A stretch of DNA of 63,625 nt, counting the filler, from Rhabdomonas costata (taxonomy: Eukaryota), in NCBI GenBank assembly GCA_019059605.1. It is 46 parts of 46 records of this genome, joined end to end, with 100 filler letters (N's around TTAATTAATTAA, not from the genome) between each part and the next. Parts side by side here need not be neighbours in the genome. Positions count along the whole stretch, not along the records: positions 36,005 to 37,289 come from JAHMHO010020665.1; positions 37,390 to 38,674 come from JAHMHO010020666.1; positions 38,775 to 40,059 come from JAHMHO010020667.1; positions 40,160 to 41,444 come from JAHMHO010020668.1; positions 41,545 to 42,829 come from JAHMHO010020669.1; positions 42,930 to 44,214 come from JAHMHO010020670.1; positions 44,315 to 45,595 come from JAHMHO010020671.1; positions 45,696 to 46,980 come from JAHMHO010020672.1; 38 more parts are not named here. One strand, 5' to 3'. Shown in pieces: positions 37,097-49,995 of the stretch (the first letter of the stretch is position 1; every line of letters starts with the position of its first letter). Both the position numbers and the translations under genes were made by a program. The notes under the pieces are model-generated. The model made no database searches, was not told the DNA's origin, and saw only the letters and a program-made list of their open reading frames with translations.

Positions 37097-38860
37097 CTGA
37101 ATTAATGCGAAGTGGGTGGCATCGTCATCTCAGTTCAAAATATGTTAATTAATCAACCAAGTCAACATAATCGAAACAAGGAAAGTCATTGAAATGAAAG
37201 TCACTAAACCGGCCCGCGTCAAACTCATACATTGTCCTCTCATACAAAGAACTGAACATCTAAATATATGACAAAGAAAAGTACGCCACNNNNNNNNNNN
37301 NNNNNNNNNNNNNNNNNNNNNNNNNNNNNNNNNTTAATTAATTAANNNNNNNNNNNNNNNNNNNNNNNNNNNNNNNNNNNNNNNNNNNNGAGAGTTTCTA
37401 TGAACTCGGCTCTGTGGCAGCGTGGAGGCGCGGTCCTCACAGGGCACTCCGTTGAGGTGGGCCAGGGCAGCTTCGGAAGGACCTCGACAGCGCCGCAGCT
37501 GCACCACCTGCTCCGCGGTGGTGGGGCGGAAGAAGGTGGGCTCCACGGCGACCAGGGCAGCGGCGATGAAGAAGCGGTGGGGTCCCCGACCGAAGCAGAC
37601 GGGGGTCCCGAAGAAGTCCCGCCCGCAGGAGATGTGGTCCCCTGTGATGGGAAGTGTGCGTGTGGAACCCCGCCTTCAGCGGGAAGGCGGACAGAATGAA
37701 AAATTAAAAGTGGAATGAAAGGGATGTACAAAAACCCACTGTTACGAGAAAGCCAATGCGAAAACGAAAGAAAGGAGGAGAAGACCACATCATTGAACGG
37801 AGTGAAAGTCACTCCCGTGCACATTGAAAATGAAAATCCACACAATAATATCATTGTGACCCAAACCTCCTCCAAAATACAGCATCAGCTTCGCCCAATA
37901 CTGCTCCCCTGTTATTCCATATAAACGCACTAATCAATCCCAAAAAAGACGCAAACATTGACGTTACATCTGATCTATTTCCAGCGAACAAAAGATCCAA
38001 CAACAAATCGTAAGAGAGAAAAGCGGCAGGTTTCCCGTGCCTACCCATCGGAGGGTCTCGCCGGTGATCCATCATCCAGCACGACACTGTGGCGTGGCTC
38101 GAGCTGCTCCCGTTTGGCGGCAGTTGACCGGCATCCCCTGCCAGTGCCGCGACCGCGTGCTCGGAGAGGTAAAAGTAGTCACAAGGGCGGTGGTGATAGG
38201 CCTGGCATACTTCCAGGCACGCCTGGGCTGGGGCCAGCACGGCGGCATGGGAACCTTCAACGTCGTTTGTGTTAGCACCGCTACTCCCGGAGAGAGCCAA
38301 CCCACAGCTTCCGGAAACTGCAGAGCCTAGCTTTCCCAGTTCTCTATGGGATTCCAGTCAGCTTCCCTCCGTCCACTTTTCACCACAAAGTGCAAATGAT
38401 TTCTTCAAAAGCCCAGCATCAGGAATTTATCGGGCAAAGTATAGGAGAGGGTTATGACCTCACAGATACCATGACCTCGGGAATTGCTTCATTCACCAAA
38501 GATTTCGCTACAAGACGATGCGACAAACGATAGTGTGATTCTTGGAGACTTCGCTCTGCTATGTGCCGTGCATTTACCCAAAACACCACAACGGTTGAGG
38601 AGTTAGCCCTTCACCAAACATTAAGATCGTATACATATGTATTCGATCTTAATGTTTGGAGTAGGGCTAACACCNNNNNNNNNNNNNNNNNNNNNNNNNN
38701 NNNNNNNNNNNNNNNNNNTTAATTAATTAANNNNNNNNNNNNNNNNNNNNNNNNNNNNNNNNNNNNNNNNNNNNTGTGTTGAGTGAGTTTGGTTTTGTGT
38801 GGCAGAGCCGTGGAAATGGGTGGTGGGGGTGGGGGTGAGCGAGGGCAGGAAGGACCGAAC

Positions 38861-39026
38861 CGCAACAGCGGATGAGCTCAATCACGGTCTTCTCGTCAGG
38901 AGTCAGCCCTCTTTGGCGCATCCTGGCAACCCCGCGCTTTAGTGCGGGGTAATCGCCGGAGCGGGCCAACGCGCGGAAGTAGAGGTTGTAGTCGCGAAGG
39001 GTAGGCCGGAAACCGTACCCCTCCAT
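38861..39026 (-). CDS. Pentatricopeptide repeat protein exon
   Basis: MEGYGFRPTLRDYNLYFRALARSGD...MRQRGLTPDEKTVIELIRCC shows the 35-aa PPR pattern, bounded by AG/GT. Confidence 0.88.
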
Positions 39027-40169
39027 CTGAACCTATCATCGCCCGCACAGGCGTATAGGTACACGAACTAGAATGAGTGAAAGCACGTGTCCATGCGATT
39101 GTCCCTCGTCAGGATTGCAAGCACACGCCTGCATGCGGGCGAGGATTGGATGGCAGTGTGTCTCATCCTCTGTCCCGCGCTGTGGCGCGGCAATTGAGGA
39201 ACCCACAACTGTGAGATGGGTTGGCTTCTGGAGTCTCGATGAAGGAAGCTCCAGCTGTCGAGGGCTTGATCCCGCCCAGCATCAACTGTGTGATTGTGGT
39301 GGGCACCAGACGGCCGAGAGCCCTTTGACTGAGCCCCTTTTCGCAGGAAAGAGGCAGGGGGGTTTTTGCCCACACGTTGCGGACGCCGTCAATAAACCCT
39401 CCATTGCGTTTTCTGAACAAAGCAATCTGTCTTGATGATGCTTTCAGGACGTTTTCGAACCTCCCCTTGGGGTATCGGTGAGGGCATGGGTCACTTCATT
39501 CACCAGCCCTTGAAGGGTGCTTTTATGCGAATTGCTTTTGGAAGTTCGAAAGGTTTTCAACAGAAAATTTAAGGATTTAAGGAAAGGGAAAGTGTTGAAA
39601 TTCGGCACAATGTGAGCAAGAAAACCATCCCTGAAAATCACCCTTTTGTTTTATGAATTTGTGTCGATATTTGTTCTTCTGCTGAAAAAATATATGGCAT
39701 AACTCCAAATGACGGGCCATAAGAAAGAACACGAAAAGCCGCAAGTTACTGAAGTATCCGTCCCGAATACAGCACAGGAGTGAAATGAACGGATCAGCAT
39801 CATCGGGGAGATTCCTCCGCTACTGGAATTCGTTCACATTAGCCTCTTCTGGTCAGAATGTGCAGCCTCCCAGTTCATGACGCACACCCTAAATCTCTGA
39901 GATCAGGTGGCCACCGTGGTATGGCTTAAACAGAGCATGTGGACACTCCGGTTACCGGCACAGTCATGTGCCCAGAAGAAAGCGAGGTGAATCCATTGTT
40001 TTAAAGACAGCGTCGAGGACTCCAGAATCGAGAAAGCCTTGCCATAGATCTTTCTGCGANNNNNNNNNNNNNNNNNNNNNNNNNNNNNNNNNNNNNNNNN
40101 NNNTTAATTAATTAANNNNNNNNNNNNNNNNNNNNNNNNNNNNNNNNNNNNNNNNNNNNGGGGGGGTGG

Positions 40170-41358
40170 CGGTCCCACCCGTACATGGTGTTGTTGCGGA
40201 CGTAGTCCTCCATTACTCCAGAGGAGCTTTCCAGGGGCCGCGGGGGAAACTTCTCACAGCGAGGGTGCCCGGCACTTTGGGTGATCCAAATGATGGGGTG
40301 ATTCCGGAACATCGCCCGAAAGAACATGAAATCCTCCAACACGACGCTAATCTTGGAACGATTGCTCATCGTGACCCCTGTGAGAACCCCAAGACAGAGG
40401 AGATGACAATCAACAAGACAACACAACCAGGAAGGAAAGAACAAACGCATTCACGTTCAGGTCACGGTTTGCCACACGGAAGGTGTTGGTGTATGTTACT
40501 ATGACTCTGAAAGGGAGGAAAAGGTAAAAGTCTGCACAGATGTCAGAGTTGCACGGGTTCGAGAGACGGGCGTGCCTAGCGATGGAACTATGGGTTGTGA
40601 GTTGGAGCTGTGGGCCGGGATTAGACAAAGCGTAACGAAAAAGGGGTGGGATTGAGGTTCAAACCCACGTAATGAGTCCCAACTGCGACCACAACGACGG
40701 CTGGAGGGCCTTTGTCGTACCGCACAATGTCCCGCAAATAACTCAGGGTGTCCTCCAGCAGTGTGTTCCCCCGCACCACAAACATCTCCTGCTTCCGGGA
40801 AAATGCTCCTCCTCCACAGATCTCCATCGGGGCGACATCCCACAGTTGCACAAAGTTACGGGACATGTTCCAGAGAACCTTCTCCGGCAGGTGAACCATC
40901 TTTCCTGAAGAAAAAGGAAGGTGCCAAAATGTCACCTCCTCCCCCAACAGGAAAACATGAACTAACAATACAAACCGAAACAAGTGATGCCACTGACCAC
41001 GGCTATGATCACCCAGCATGACCAGAGTTACATCTACCTCAAGGGCCAAAGGAAGATTAATGGTACACTGCCTTCACCACCGTTCGAACTAGCCGGGAGT
41101 AAATTCCGGCACAGAGTTCCCGCTCTATTTTTCCTTCTCCCGCTTGTGCTGGGACAAAAACTCGCACATGTTTGGTCTAATCGAAATGGTAAAGCAATTC
41201 TTTTTGGGGGAACAAATCGACTGTCAGAAGACACAAGAAGGCACGTTTGGTGCTCTACAAGGATATGGCGTGATAATGGTGGTGGTGGCGCAAACCTTCC
41301 CCGGCTCCTCGAAGGTTGGCATAAAAGGTGCTCGCGATGTCCTGCAGAAGGCTGTCAC
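40170..41358 (-). CDS. SGNH/PC-esterase (TBL/Cas1-like) protein, exons 41296-41358, 40665-40904 and ~40170-40377
   Basis: GDSLLQD (GDS motif), PAVVVVAVGTHY and IIWITQSAGHPRC. Phase-1 GT-AG junctions are compatible. Confidence 0.7.
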
Positions 41359-41837
41359 CTGAAATCGCAGTAGAAACGCATTGGCAGCAACATTAAAGTC
41401 GGTTATGAAAAAGCCGTGGACCCACTCTGCTGTGCAACAACAACNNNNNNNNNNNNNNNNNNNNNNNNNNNNNNNNNNNNNNNNNNNNTTAATTAATTAA
41501 NNNNNNNNNNNNNNNNNNNNNNNNNNNNNNNNNNNNNNNNNNNNTTTGTGGGGGCATGGACTTGCATCGTTCCATCACTCTTTTAAATAGCTTCTCAAAC
41601 TTTGCGCAACCCAGTGACCGAATGCTCCGTCCACTGGCTGTAACAAAACGCCAGAAAAAATTCAAGGGTGCTTCTGCTTTCAATTTAAAATCGTGTGCTT
41701 TGATGCCTCCCAGGTTCTTGAGGTTTCGCTCAGAGCCTCTTTGCACTATCTCTGGGCGTAATGTTATGATGCTGTTCATGTTCACCTTGAATATGGTTTG
41801 CTCGTTTATCATGGTTCTCTTCCTGTTCTTCTTTCAG

Positions 41838-41948
41838 TGGTTGACCAGCGTCGCCGCTGAAGGTGACCTGGTGCTGCAGTTGTTCAACCAGTACCTTGAT
41901 AACATCCAGGAAGTTTGCGCGCTGTACGGCTGGTCTATCAAGAAGTGA
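41838..41948 (+). CDS. Probable terminal exon of an unknown protein
   Basis: Strong pyrimidine tract plus CAG, then GC3-rich WLTSVAAEGDLVLQLFNQYLDNIQEVCALYGWSIKK*. Confidence 0.45.
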   Translation, partial: WLTSVAAEGDLVLQLFNQYLDNIQEVCALYGWSIKK

Positions 41949-43383
41949 ATGGGCACATCGCAAATCCTTCTCCTCCGCGCGCGGACGTCTCTGCGAGGGG
42001 CGCTTCTGGCTGCGATGCGAGTACATCCACGAGAATGTTGGGAAGAATCTTGCGGGGTCGCAGTGTTGTTTAGACGTGCGATGTGCGTCTCTGCTGTGCT
42101 GTGTGAAAAAACGTTTCTTGGCGAGCATTAGAGCAGACCCTTTCCTTCACTTTGTTGGGGACGCTCTGTCTGGTTGCTGCCCTGTGCACTGTGAACCGTT
42201 AGAGTGTACAGTAGAGCGCGATTTGTGTTCATGTCTGTTAGGGGGCGATTGAATTCACGGTTTCGCCAGATTCACTTCACTGAGCTAAATTTTCTTCTCT
42301 GGCTTTGCGTTACAGGGGTTTATCTTGCCCTGTCTTTTTCTGTTTGTGGTTGCGAATGTCGGCAAAGGCTTGCATGACCAAAGATACATTTCCAACGCAA
42401 TAGGTGCATTAACCTTGTGCTTTACCGGTGTGCCGGAAAAGCCACCCACCCATGTGATTTCATGGTGCGTTCTCATCTGAGACAAAGTGACACGACCAGT
42501 GGGCAGGTCTTCGTTTCGTCTCATCCTTCCTGCTGGTGTGTTTATCATCCCCGTCTTCCCTTGGCGGGCCCTGGGCCCTGCTTGTGTTTGCGGTTTGACG
42601 CTCTGTTTTTGCCCTTCAGTTCCAAAGTTCCAAGGCCTTTTTTGTGCTGTGGCATGGCCTCCCCCGACTTTCACAACCCTGCTCCCTGGAATGGGCTTTG
42701 CCTTGGACATGTGAACCCCGTCTGAACGTGAATGCGCCGCCCTGTGCTGCCCTATTATGCGGCTGTCTTGTCACTGCTGTGCGTGCCCTTGTACATCTGG
42801 GTCAATCCACCATGGTTGGACGCAAACAANNNNNNNNNNNNNNNNNNNNNNNNNNNNNNNNNNNNNNNNNNNNTTAATTAATTAANNNNNNNNNNNNNNN
42901 NNNNNNNNNNNNNNNNNNNNNNNNNNNNNGTTGTGGTTTATTACACGAAGGTTTCCAACAGTTGGCCCGGTGTTCAAAGTCTTCTTCTCTCTAAAAAGAC
43001 GAGCGGGGATATTAGACAGAAGAAGACTTTGAACACCGGGCCAACTGTTGGAAACCTTCGTGTAATGAATCACGGCACAATATCCTTCAACATGGGTTGG
43101 TTTTTAAAGGTCGTGTGGCGCCAGTAGTGTCAGTGTCCTGCACGCAGAGACCGAGACCGAGAGACCTCGGAAAAGCACTTCTTGCAGGAGGGCTGGAGGA
43201 CGAGCGGATTCAAGAATGATGCAATGTCGGGAATCGCAGCACTCAATAGTTTCAAGGGCCCACGGGTTCATCGCCTGAGGTGCATGCATGTGCATCTGAG
43301 GAGATTGTCGATGGAAAGACCTCCTGAAAGATAAAGCAGAACGGCGGGTGGGGGGACCTGTTGTCCAAACAGCCGAGAGGAAC

Positions 43384-43512
43384 CCCCCGCTGCCACTCCG
43401 GCCACAGGCTTGCTCTGCAACGCCTTAATTACTGTTGGGGCGCGGCGGCCGTCCTTGTCCCCGTGGCCGAGCTGCCCGTATGTCCCGCGGCCAAAGGAGT
43501 ACAACTCATTGC
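43384..43512 (-). CDS. RCC1-repeat protein exon
   Basis: GNELYSFGRGTYGQLGHGD...PTVIKALQSKPVAGVAAG. Confidence 0.92.
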
Positions 43513-45695
43513 CTGTGGCGCGAACCCCAACTCCAGCGAGCTCCATACACAAAGCAACCCTGCCATGTGGGGGTGGGGCAAGCGGTAGTGAAACAGGGGG
43601 ACATCACCAAGATGGTGAAAACAAATGGAACAAATTCAGAAGATAAGAAGGGATAAGAAGGCGTCAGACCCAACAAGCCTCCACTTATCTCATCCTCCAC
43701 TATCTTGAGTGAAAATGACAAGATGAGATGAAAACGTCGGAGTCGGTTTGTCAACCTCATTTTCAAAGTCCAACAACAGAAAATAAGAAAAGAGGCAAGC
43801 TGGAAAGAAAAGACGTGGGCAACACGTACCTTCAGCCCAGACAATCTGCAGAGATGAAAGAAAGAGAAAATATATATCGGCAAAACTCCCAAAGATGTGC
43901 ACAGGTGGACGCGGCAAATGAGTGAGTGGGTTTGCTGATAACAACAAAGAGTTGGTCCACGTTATTTCGAACTTCCAAAGCGAATAAACCAAGTTGAACC
44001 TGCGGAGAGCGCAGGAGCCGGACAAAGTGATTCAGTCTTTGCAGCGAAAAAGGACAACAGATGACCAACGGCGAGACATACGGACGACCGGCGACCGAAA
44101 GCGAATTCTACAGACCTACAAAAGCTGTTCCGAGAACGAAAAAAGTTCACAAAAATGGAGGGGAACGGAAACAGAAAAGATAGTTAGACAAGAAGTGAGA
44201 AGTACGTGAGAAAANNNNNNNNNNNNNNNNNNNNNNNNNNNNNNNNNNNNNNNNNNNNTTAATTAATTAANNNNNNNNNNNNNNNNNNNNNNNNNNNNNN
44301 NNNNNNNNNNNNNNACTAGGCTCCAGCAGGGCTGCGCCGCGGTGGCGCCCAGGAAGATCCCCAGGTTGTGCCGCAGCAAGGGGTCAAGCCCATCTCCCTC
44401 GCACTTCAAAAGCATATCGTGCAGGGAGAGGGCGAGGGACAGGACAAGAAAAGGGGGCACCAAAACGTTCGCCCCCACAACAAAAGCCGCCCCCTCTCTC
44501 TCTGTCCGCAAAGAAGATGCATTGCAGTTGCAGCACACAGCTTTTATTGTTGAGATATTGTGCCTTCTGCGGGGTTACTGCTATTTTGAGGTGTGTGTAG
44601 GGGGTCGGTCTGTGACTCTATCGCTCATCATTACATTTTTTGGACAAAATTTCCGACTGCACAGAGCAGCTGAAACGGGTGATTTCGCAGTGACGTTGAG
44701 TGCCTGTTGAGTACCTCAAAGCAACATAAAAGGGCAGTCTTCTCGAAGAGCGTGTGAAGACATTTTCCCTCCCCTTCTTAGAAACCGCCTCATATGCTGT
44801 GCTCTGGCACGGCAAGGCTTGGGAAAGCGACTTCCCACGTTCACGGAGCGAAACGGGAAACCAAGGAAGCACCAGACAGTTCAATTAGATGATCTATCAA
44901 ATCCGCTGAACTGACGGATACTATACAGTGGCTTTCTCCAACACTGTCCCAGAGAACTGACGATTAACCACACCGCGCGGCCCCTGGCTCCCTGCATTTT
45001 TTCAGGTTTCCTCAATACTGCCCAGGAAGATGTCCATTTGCCCCTGTATCTGTGCACGTCACCGGAAACAAGATACAAGGGGAGGGTTTTTCGCCCCCCG
45101 AAAACGCTCGCACCAAAAACGTGCCACAGAGGATCAAGGTAGAGGGTAAAACAGCCGTGGGGGACGGAGATAATGGGGAACGCTACTTCAAGAGGGACAA
45201 CCGAATCTGATTATACCTTAAAACAGGCAAAAAAAATTTACACGATCGACAAACGAAGCAAACAGAGCAGGGAACGCACGGCACCCCTGCCGAGCCCGGA
45301 GGGGTACAATGGGCTGCGGAGGAAGGTGGGAGGAAGACGAGGCTTCTGCAAGAATAGCACCCATGAAGAGAGTCAATGCCTCCTACTTCTTTTACGTATG
45401 TATCACTGCTAGTATCAATGGGAGGGGGCTAGGCTCACTTTCCCAGACGAAGAGGGACGTCTCACACAGAGCCGTAGCGGGCACGCACAACCTCGCAATA
45501 GGACGGATTGGCCGAGGTCTGCATCCCCCCACCCCCCGCGATCCCAGCAATCCCCAAGGTACAAAAGGGAATGAGAAGATAAGTGAACAAAAAACNNNNN
45601 NNNNNNNNNNNNNNNNNNNNNNNNNNNNNNNNNNNNNNNTTAATTAATTAANNNNNNNNNNNNNNNNNNNNNNNNNNNNNNNNNNNNNNNNNNNN

Positions 45696-45955
45696 GGCGG
45701 AGCACATGCTGGGCCATGGTCGCGCTACTGTTGCTGACTGGAGTGGTCGGTTTCGGCAATGTGTTATGAACTATGAGGCTTCCTGGGGTGCTGGAGTGAT
45801 AGGTGGCCCTGATATGGAGGAGGTCCAGTGGAGAGCAAACTTGGATGGCAAGGACCCCTTTCTTTCGTTGATGGAGCACATTCGCAATGGACATTTCCAG
45901 TGAATATTGTAATATTTGATCTCGCAGGGGGTTAGGAAGCGATGCACGTGTTCCC
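45696..45955 (+). mobile_element. Internally deleted Merlin (IS1595/ISXO2-like) transposase with a candidate right TIR
   Basis: TVADWSGRFRQC...VIGGP (pre-catalytic motif) is fused directly to EEVQWR...KDPFLSLMEHI* (C-terminal motif), and the DDE core is absent. ...GCACGTGTTCCC at about 45944-45955 reads GGGAAC.. on the minus strand. Confidence 0.75.
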
Positions 45956-47477
45956 TAGGACAAGATATTTGATTTCACCTAACCCCTTGCAACAAGCAAT
46001 CGGAATCCAAGGGGACATACGAACGCACCCTCCCTTTCGTTGGTCGCCAGATCTCCCCATTCATGTGACATATCTCTTCCGAGTTCGGTTTTGTCAAAAG
46101 GAGCTCTTTCTTCCTGGAATCCCCCCCCCCCCACACCTCCCTTTCTTGGTATTGTTTGCTGTGTGCTGTTTGCAGCTTGATGTTTGCATATGGCCTTGTG
46201 GAACCAACATTGTGTTTTTGTGGCTGCATCTTTTGCATTTGAACCATATTCTCCTGCTTAAGGCGTGAATCACCTCTCGCTGACATGACACATGATCGTG
46301 CCGAGTCCCACTAATCCCACGCCTTTTCTCAGTGACACCTGCTAAGCCTCCAACCACAAATAGCGGGATTGACACCGCCTTATGAACACACACGCACACA
46401 GAACTGGATTTAAAAACTGGTACGGATCCTGAGGCACCGAAGGCGGCTCGAATACATATCACGGTCTCAGACGCTGGTCTCGATTAGGAGTGGCTGAGGG
46501 CAACTATGGCCACCCCAACCATGACTTCTCATATCAAACACAGGGGCGCGCAGGTTGCGTGGTGGTTGGGGTCAGGGTTAGGGGGTTAAGTTGCCTCGGA
46601 GAGTCTTAATCCGTGGCAAAATTTTGGATGACAGCTGGGAAGGGTCACACAGGGCTATTCTTCAGTCGCCCCTTTCCACGGTTCAGGTTGCAGTCTTTTG
46701 GCGCGCGCGCACACACCCACCCCCCTCTTTTGCAGCTAACGACCAACCCATGTGGCAGGAATGCGGAGACGTAGGAGGACGGCTACCTGCCCACGGAACA
46801 AAAAGTAGCCCTCCTGGAGAGTAGCGTCTTCTAGATTGTGTTTATCAATCGTCTTCTTGTTGTCGGCGTACGTCCCTGTGAAGAAAAACGGATAAAGGCG
46901 CAAGACCTGATCTGAACTGCCAAGACCCAACGACTACCCAGGCACGACACACACCACGGACAGCCAAAACAACAAACAAANNNNNNNNNNNNNNNNNNNN
47001 NNNNNNNNNNNNNNNNNNNNNNNNTTAATTAATTAANNNNNNNNNNNNNNNNNNNNNNNNNNNNNNNNNNNNNNNNNNNNGGTTGGGGGGGGGTGCAAGG
47101 TCGCGCCACGCAGCGTTTCAGGAGGTCCACTGCACATAAGACCCCGGCCCTGCTTCGGCTGTGCCCTCTCCGCGAATTTTTTGACCTGCAGCAGGTGTGA
47201 GATGATGGAGACTGTGATGAGGTGATGAAGATGATATGAGCGGGGTCGCGTTTGTCTGTGTGCAGGTGGATGAAGAACGTTGGTTCGATTGTGGTATTAC
47301 TGACAGCCTGCATCCCACATTTCGGCGCTCCCGGTGAAGTTCTTTCGCGCGTTCAGTGTGCCTCTTATTTGCTTTCTGTAAAGCACGGACCATTCTCTCC
47401 CAGCGGCTTTTGCAATGCGTCCAGGGGTTTTTGATTGTCTTTTGTTTCCTTTTTCCTGCGTGGTCGTTGGGGGATAG

Positions 47478-48324
47478 GCCACAATGACTCACGTCGGCAG
47501 CGCGATGATCTGCGTGACAATGTTCAACGAGCCTTGGAAACAGCTGCAGGACACAATGGTTGGGGCGATGACCAACCTCACCAAGTGGGAGAAGGAATAC
47601 GGCAAAAGGATTCAGAACCAGCTTGTTCTCATTGTGTGCACTGCCATTCCTCCTCATTCTGCCGCATCTCGTCACCATCCGCTCCCCACCCTCCCCAAAT
47701 TGCATGAACGGTACTTTGGGGTGTGATACAAGGATGGTACAGTGGACCGCAGCGCAACCTCTTATTGTGTATTTTGTTCGGTCAAAAATGATGCAGTGAT
47801 TTTCGTTGGCTTCTGCGGGCAGGAGCGATTTGCCTGGCCCCGTTCGGCGTGGGTGGGTGGTTTTTTGTAGAATATGCTGTCGTAAACCCTCCGCTTCGTG
47901 GCTAAGAGGTTGCGCAAATGGGATATGAAAGAGCCGCCAAGGTGGCACCACACCCGGACGAGTGAAAGGCTGGATAGTTCTGAGCCCAAGGACCTCCATG
48001 GAGGGTTTTGGGAGACCTGCTGTACATACAAAAGACCCAAGGCCTGCTTCGGCACACATACATAGATAGATTCAGGGTCTGTGTATTTTCTCGCGGTCAT
48101 TGCATCAAGGAAAGCATGCTTTTTATTGGTCACAGGTGATTGCGGACGGGCGTGCGCAGATGAACCAGGAGACTAAGCAGAACTTGGGCCAGGTGGGGTT
48201 CATCAACATCCCCTTCCTGGAGTCCCCGTCCTCGGAGGAGGCCCTGCACTGCTTCTACACTCGTGCCCTGTACACGCACGCCCACTCGCAGTACGGCCCG
48301 ATGCATGTCATGGTGGTCATCAAG
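47478..48324 (+). CDS. Chitin synthase (GT2, division-1/Chitin_synth_1-like), exons 47478 (or 47501)-47633 and 48136-48324
   Basis: ICVTMFNEP..LQDTMVGAMTNL...LVLI|VIADGRAQMNQET...LHCF...PMHVMVVIK follows the chitin synthase order T(M)YNE, T..G...N, IV.DGR, H, P......K(E.N..K). Phase-0 GT-AG intron. Confidence 0.82.
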
Positions 48325-48508
48325 GTACCGCGGTGCTCCCAACTGTTCTCCCCCCCCCCCCCCTTNNNNNNNNNNNNNNNNNNNNNNNNNNNNNNNNNNN
48401 NNNNNNNNNTTAATTAATTAANNNNNNNNNNNNNNNNNNNNNNNNNNNNNNNNNNNNNNNNNNNNGGGTGGTGTGTTGTGTTGGATGCTTCAAACATTGA
48501 TTGTAGAG

Positions 48509-48617
48509 GTTTCGTTTGGTTTGGTTTGGTTTGGTTTGGTTTGGTTTGGTTTGGTTTCGTTTGGTTTCGTTTGGTTTCGTTTGGTTTCGTTTGGTTTCGT
48601 TTGGTTTGGTTTGGTTT
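48509..48617 (+). repeat. (GTTTG/GTTTC)n pentanucleotide array at the start of a G/T-rich tract
   Basis: Read directly. Confidence 0.9.
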
Positions 48618-49995
48618 GTAGTGGTATGTATATGTTTTTTGAGTAGCGTGGTTTGTATTAGATTGGGTTCTTGTGGAATTGGAGTAAATGCTGTGATTGG
48701 TGTTATGTATTTTATGAATTTCGATATTTTGGTTGTGTGTTGCGTTAAGGGCTGCGGTTGTGTGATTGCAATGATGGTTGCCGTTGAACTTATGGTGAAA
48801 GGTTTGGTTTTAGGTTTGAATTGGTGATGTGTGGCGACTGATGGCTTTTGGTGTGATGTTCTGGTTGAATTGGTGAGATTTGATCGGTGTGTGTGTGGTA
48901 CCGTAGTAAGGTGTGTCAGTGTGTCACGGTGGGTTGTTTGGTAGATGGGGCTGTTTGAATTGGAGGTGTGTAGTTTGGATGATGCGTTTGTTGGCATTGT
49001 TTGTGTGATCTAGGTCTGTGGGACTGGAGGTGGTGGTGTGATGTGTCGAGTTGTGTGTCGGAGTCTGTGGTGTCTGTGGTGTCTGTGGTGGTGCAACGGG
49101 CTCGTGGCGATGTCTGTAATGTTTCACGATGTCACGGTCTCATTTTTAGTGTCGCAGGTTGTGGATGTTTCTTTCCAGATGTTCCTCGTTATATTCAGAG
49201 TTGGAAGGCCGGCCTACATCGCCAACAGAACCAAGGTCAAAAGCTACTCCATGGACAACAGCATGTAAGGTTCCACAACAATACACATGGACGAACACTA
49301 CGACGAGTGACGTGCATGACCAATACCACACGTGAACATATTTCGATGTGCAAGGTTGTGTCATTTGAGTCATTTTACAGAGATAAATCAGCGATGCAGG
49401 CACCAATTTCTAACAATACCAGGAGTACCATGTGTGCTGTGGAGTCATATGAAAGACTTAGTGAAGTATACTAGACAATGACTTAAAAGCAAGGCGCAAT
49501 AAGGCCATGATACAACGTCACTCAAACCGTGCAGACGATATCGGTCATGAAGTTGGAGGTTATGACTAACCACATGTTGTATAAATGGTTGCTGGCCTCT
49601 CAGACTCTGGCTTTATGCGCCTTTGGAACCTTTATCGTTTTCTGCTTTGTTATCGTGGTTATTATTTTATCTTTGTACATGTATTTTTACTCTTTCGTTT
49701 ATTTGAAATTTCTGTCTTGCATGTGTGTTCTGAATTCATTAGTTGCACAAACNNNNNNNNNNNNNNNNNNNNNNNNNNNNNNNNNNNNNNNNNNNNTTAA
49801 TTAATTAANNNNNNNNNNNNNNNNNNNNNNNNNNNNNNNNNNNNNNNNNNNNGTTTTTGGTTGATCTAATCTCTTCACAAGCTTTCTCGTTTCTTTTGAA
49901 ACCATATCCTTCAGTTCACTCAAAACCTTGATAAAAATCCATTTTCTTTTAATAAAACTATTAACAATCACTCATAAAAACCTGGGAGAGTTCTG

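Noticed and set aside
42940..43066. 49-bp inverted repeat giving mirror-image ORFs
   Set aside because: Contig-terminal fold-back, most likely an amplification artefact rather than a MITE.
48410..48997. Long Thr/Asn/Lys-rich ORFs here and in 21236-21833
   Set aside because: Products of low-complexity G/T-skewed sequence, not credible proteins.
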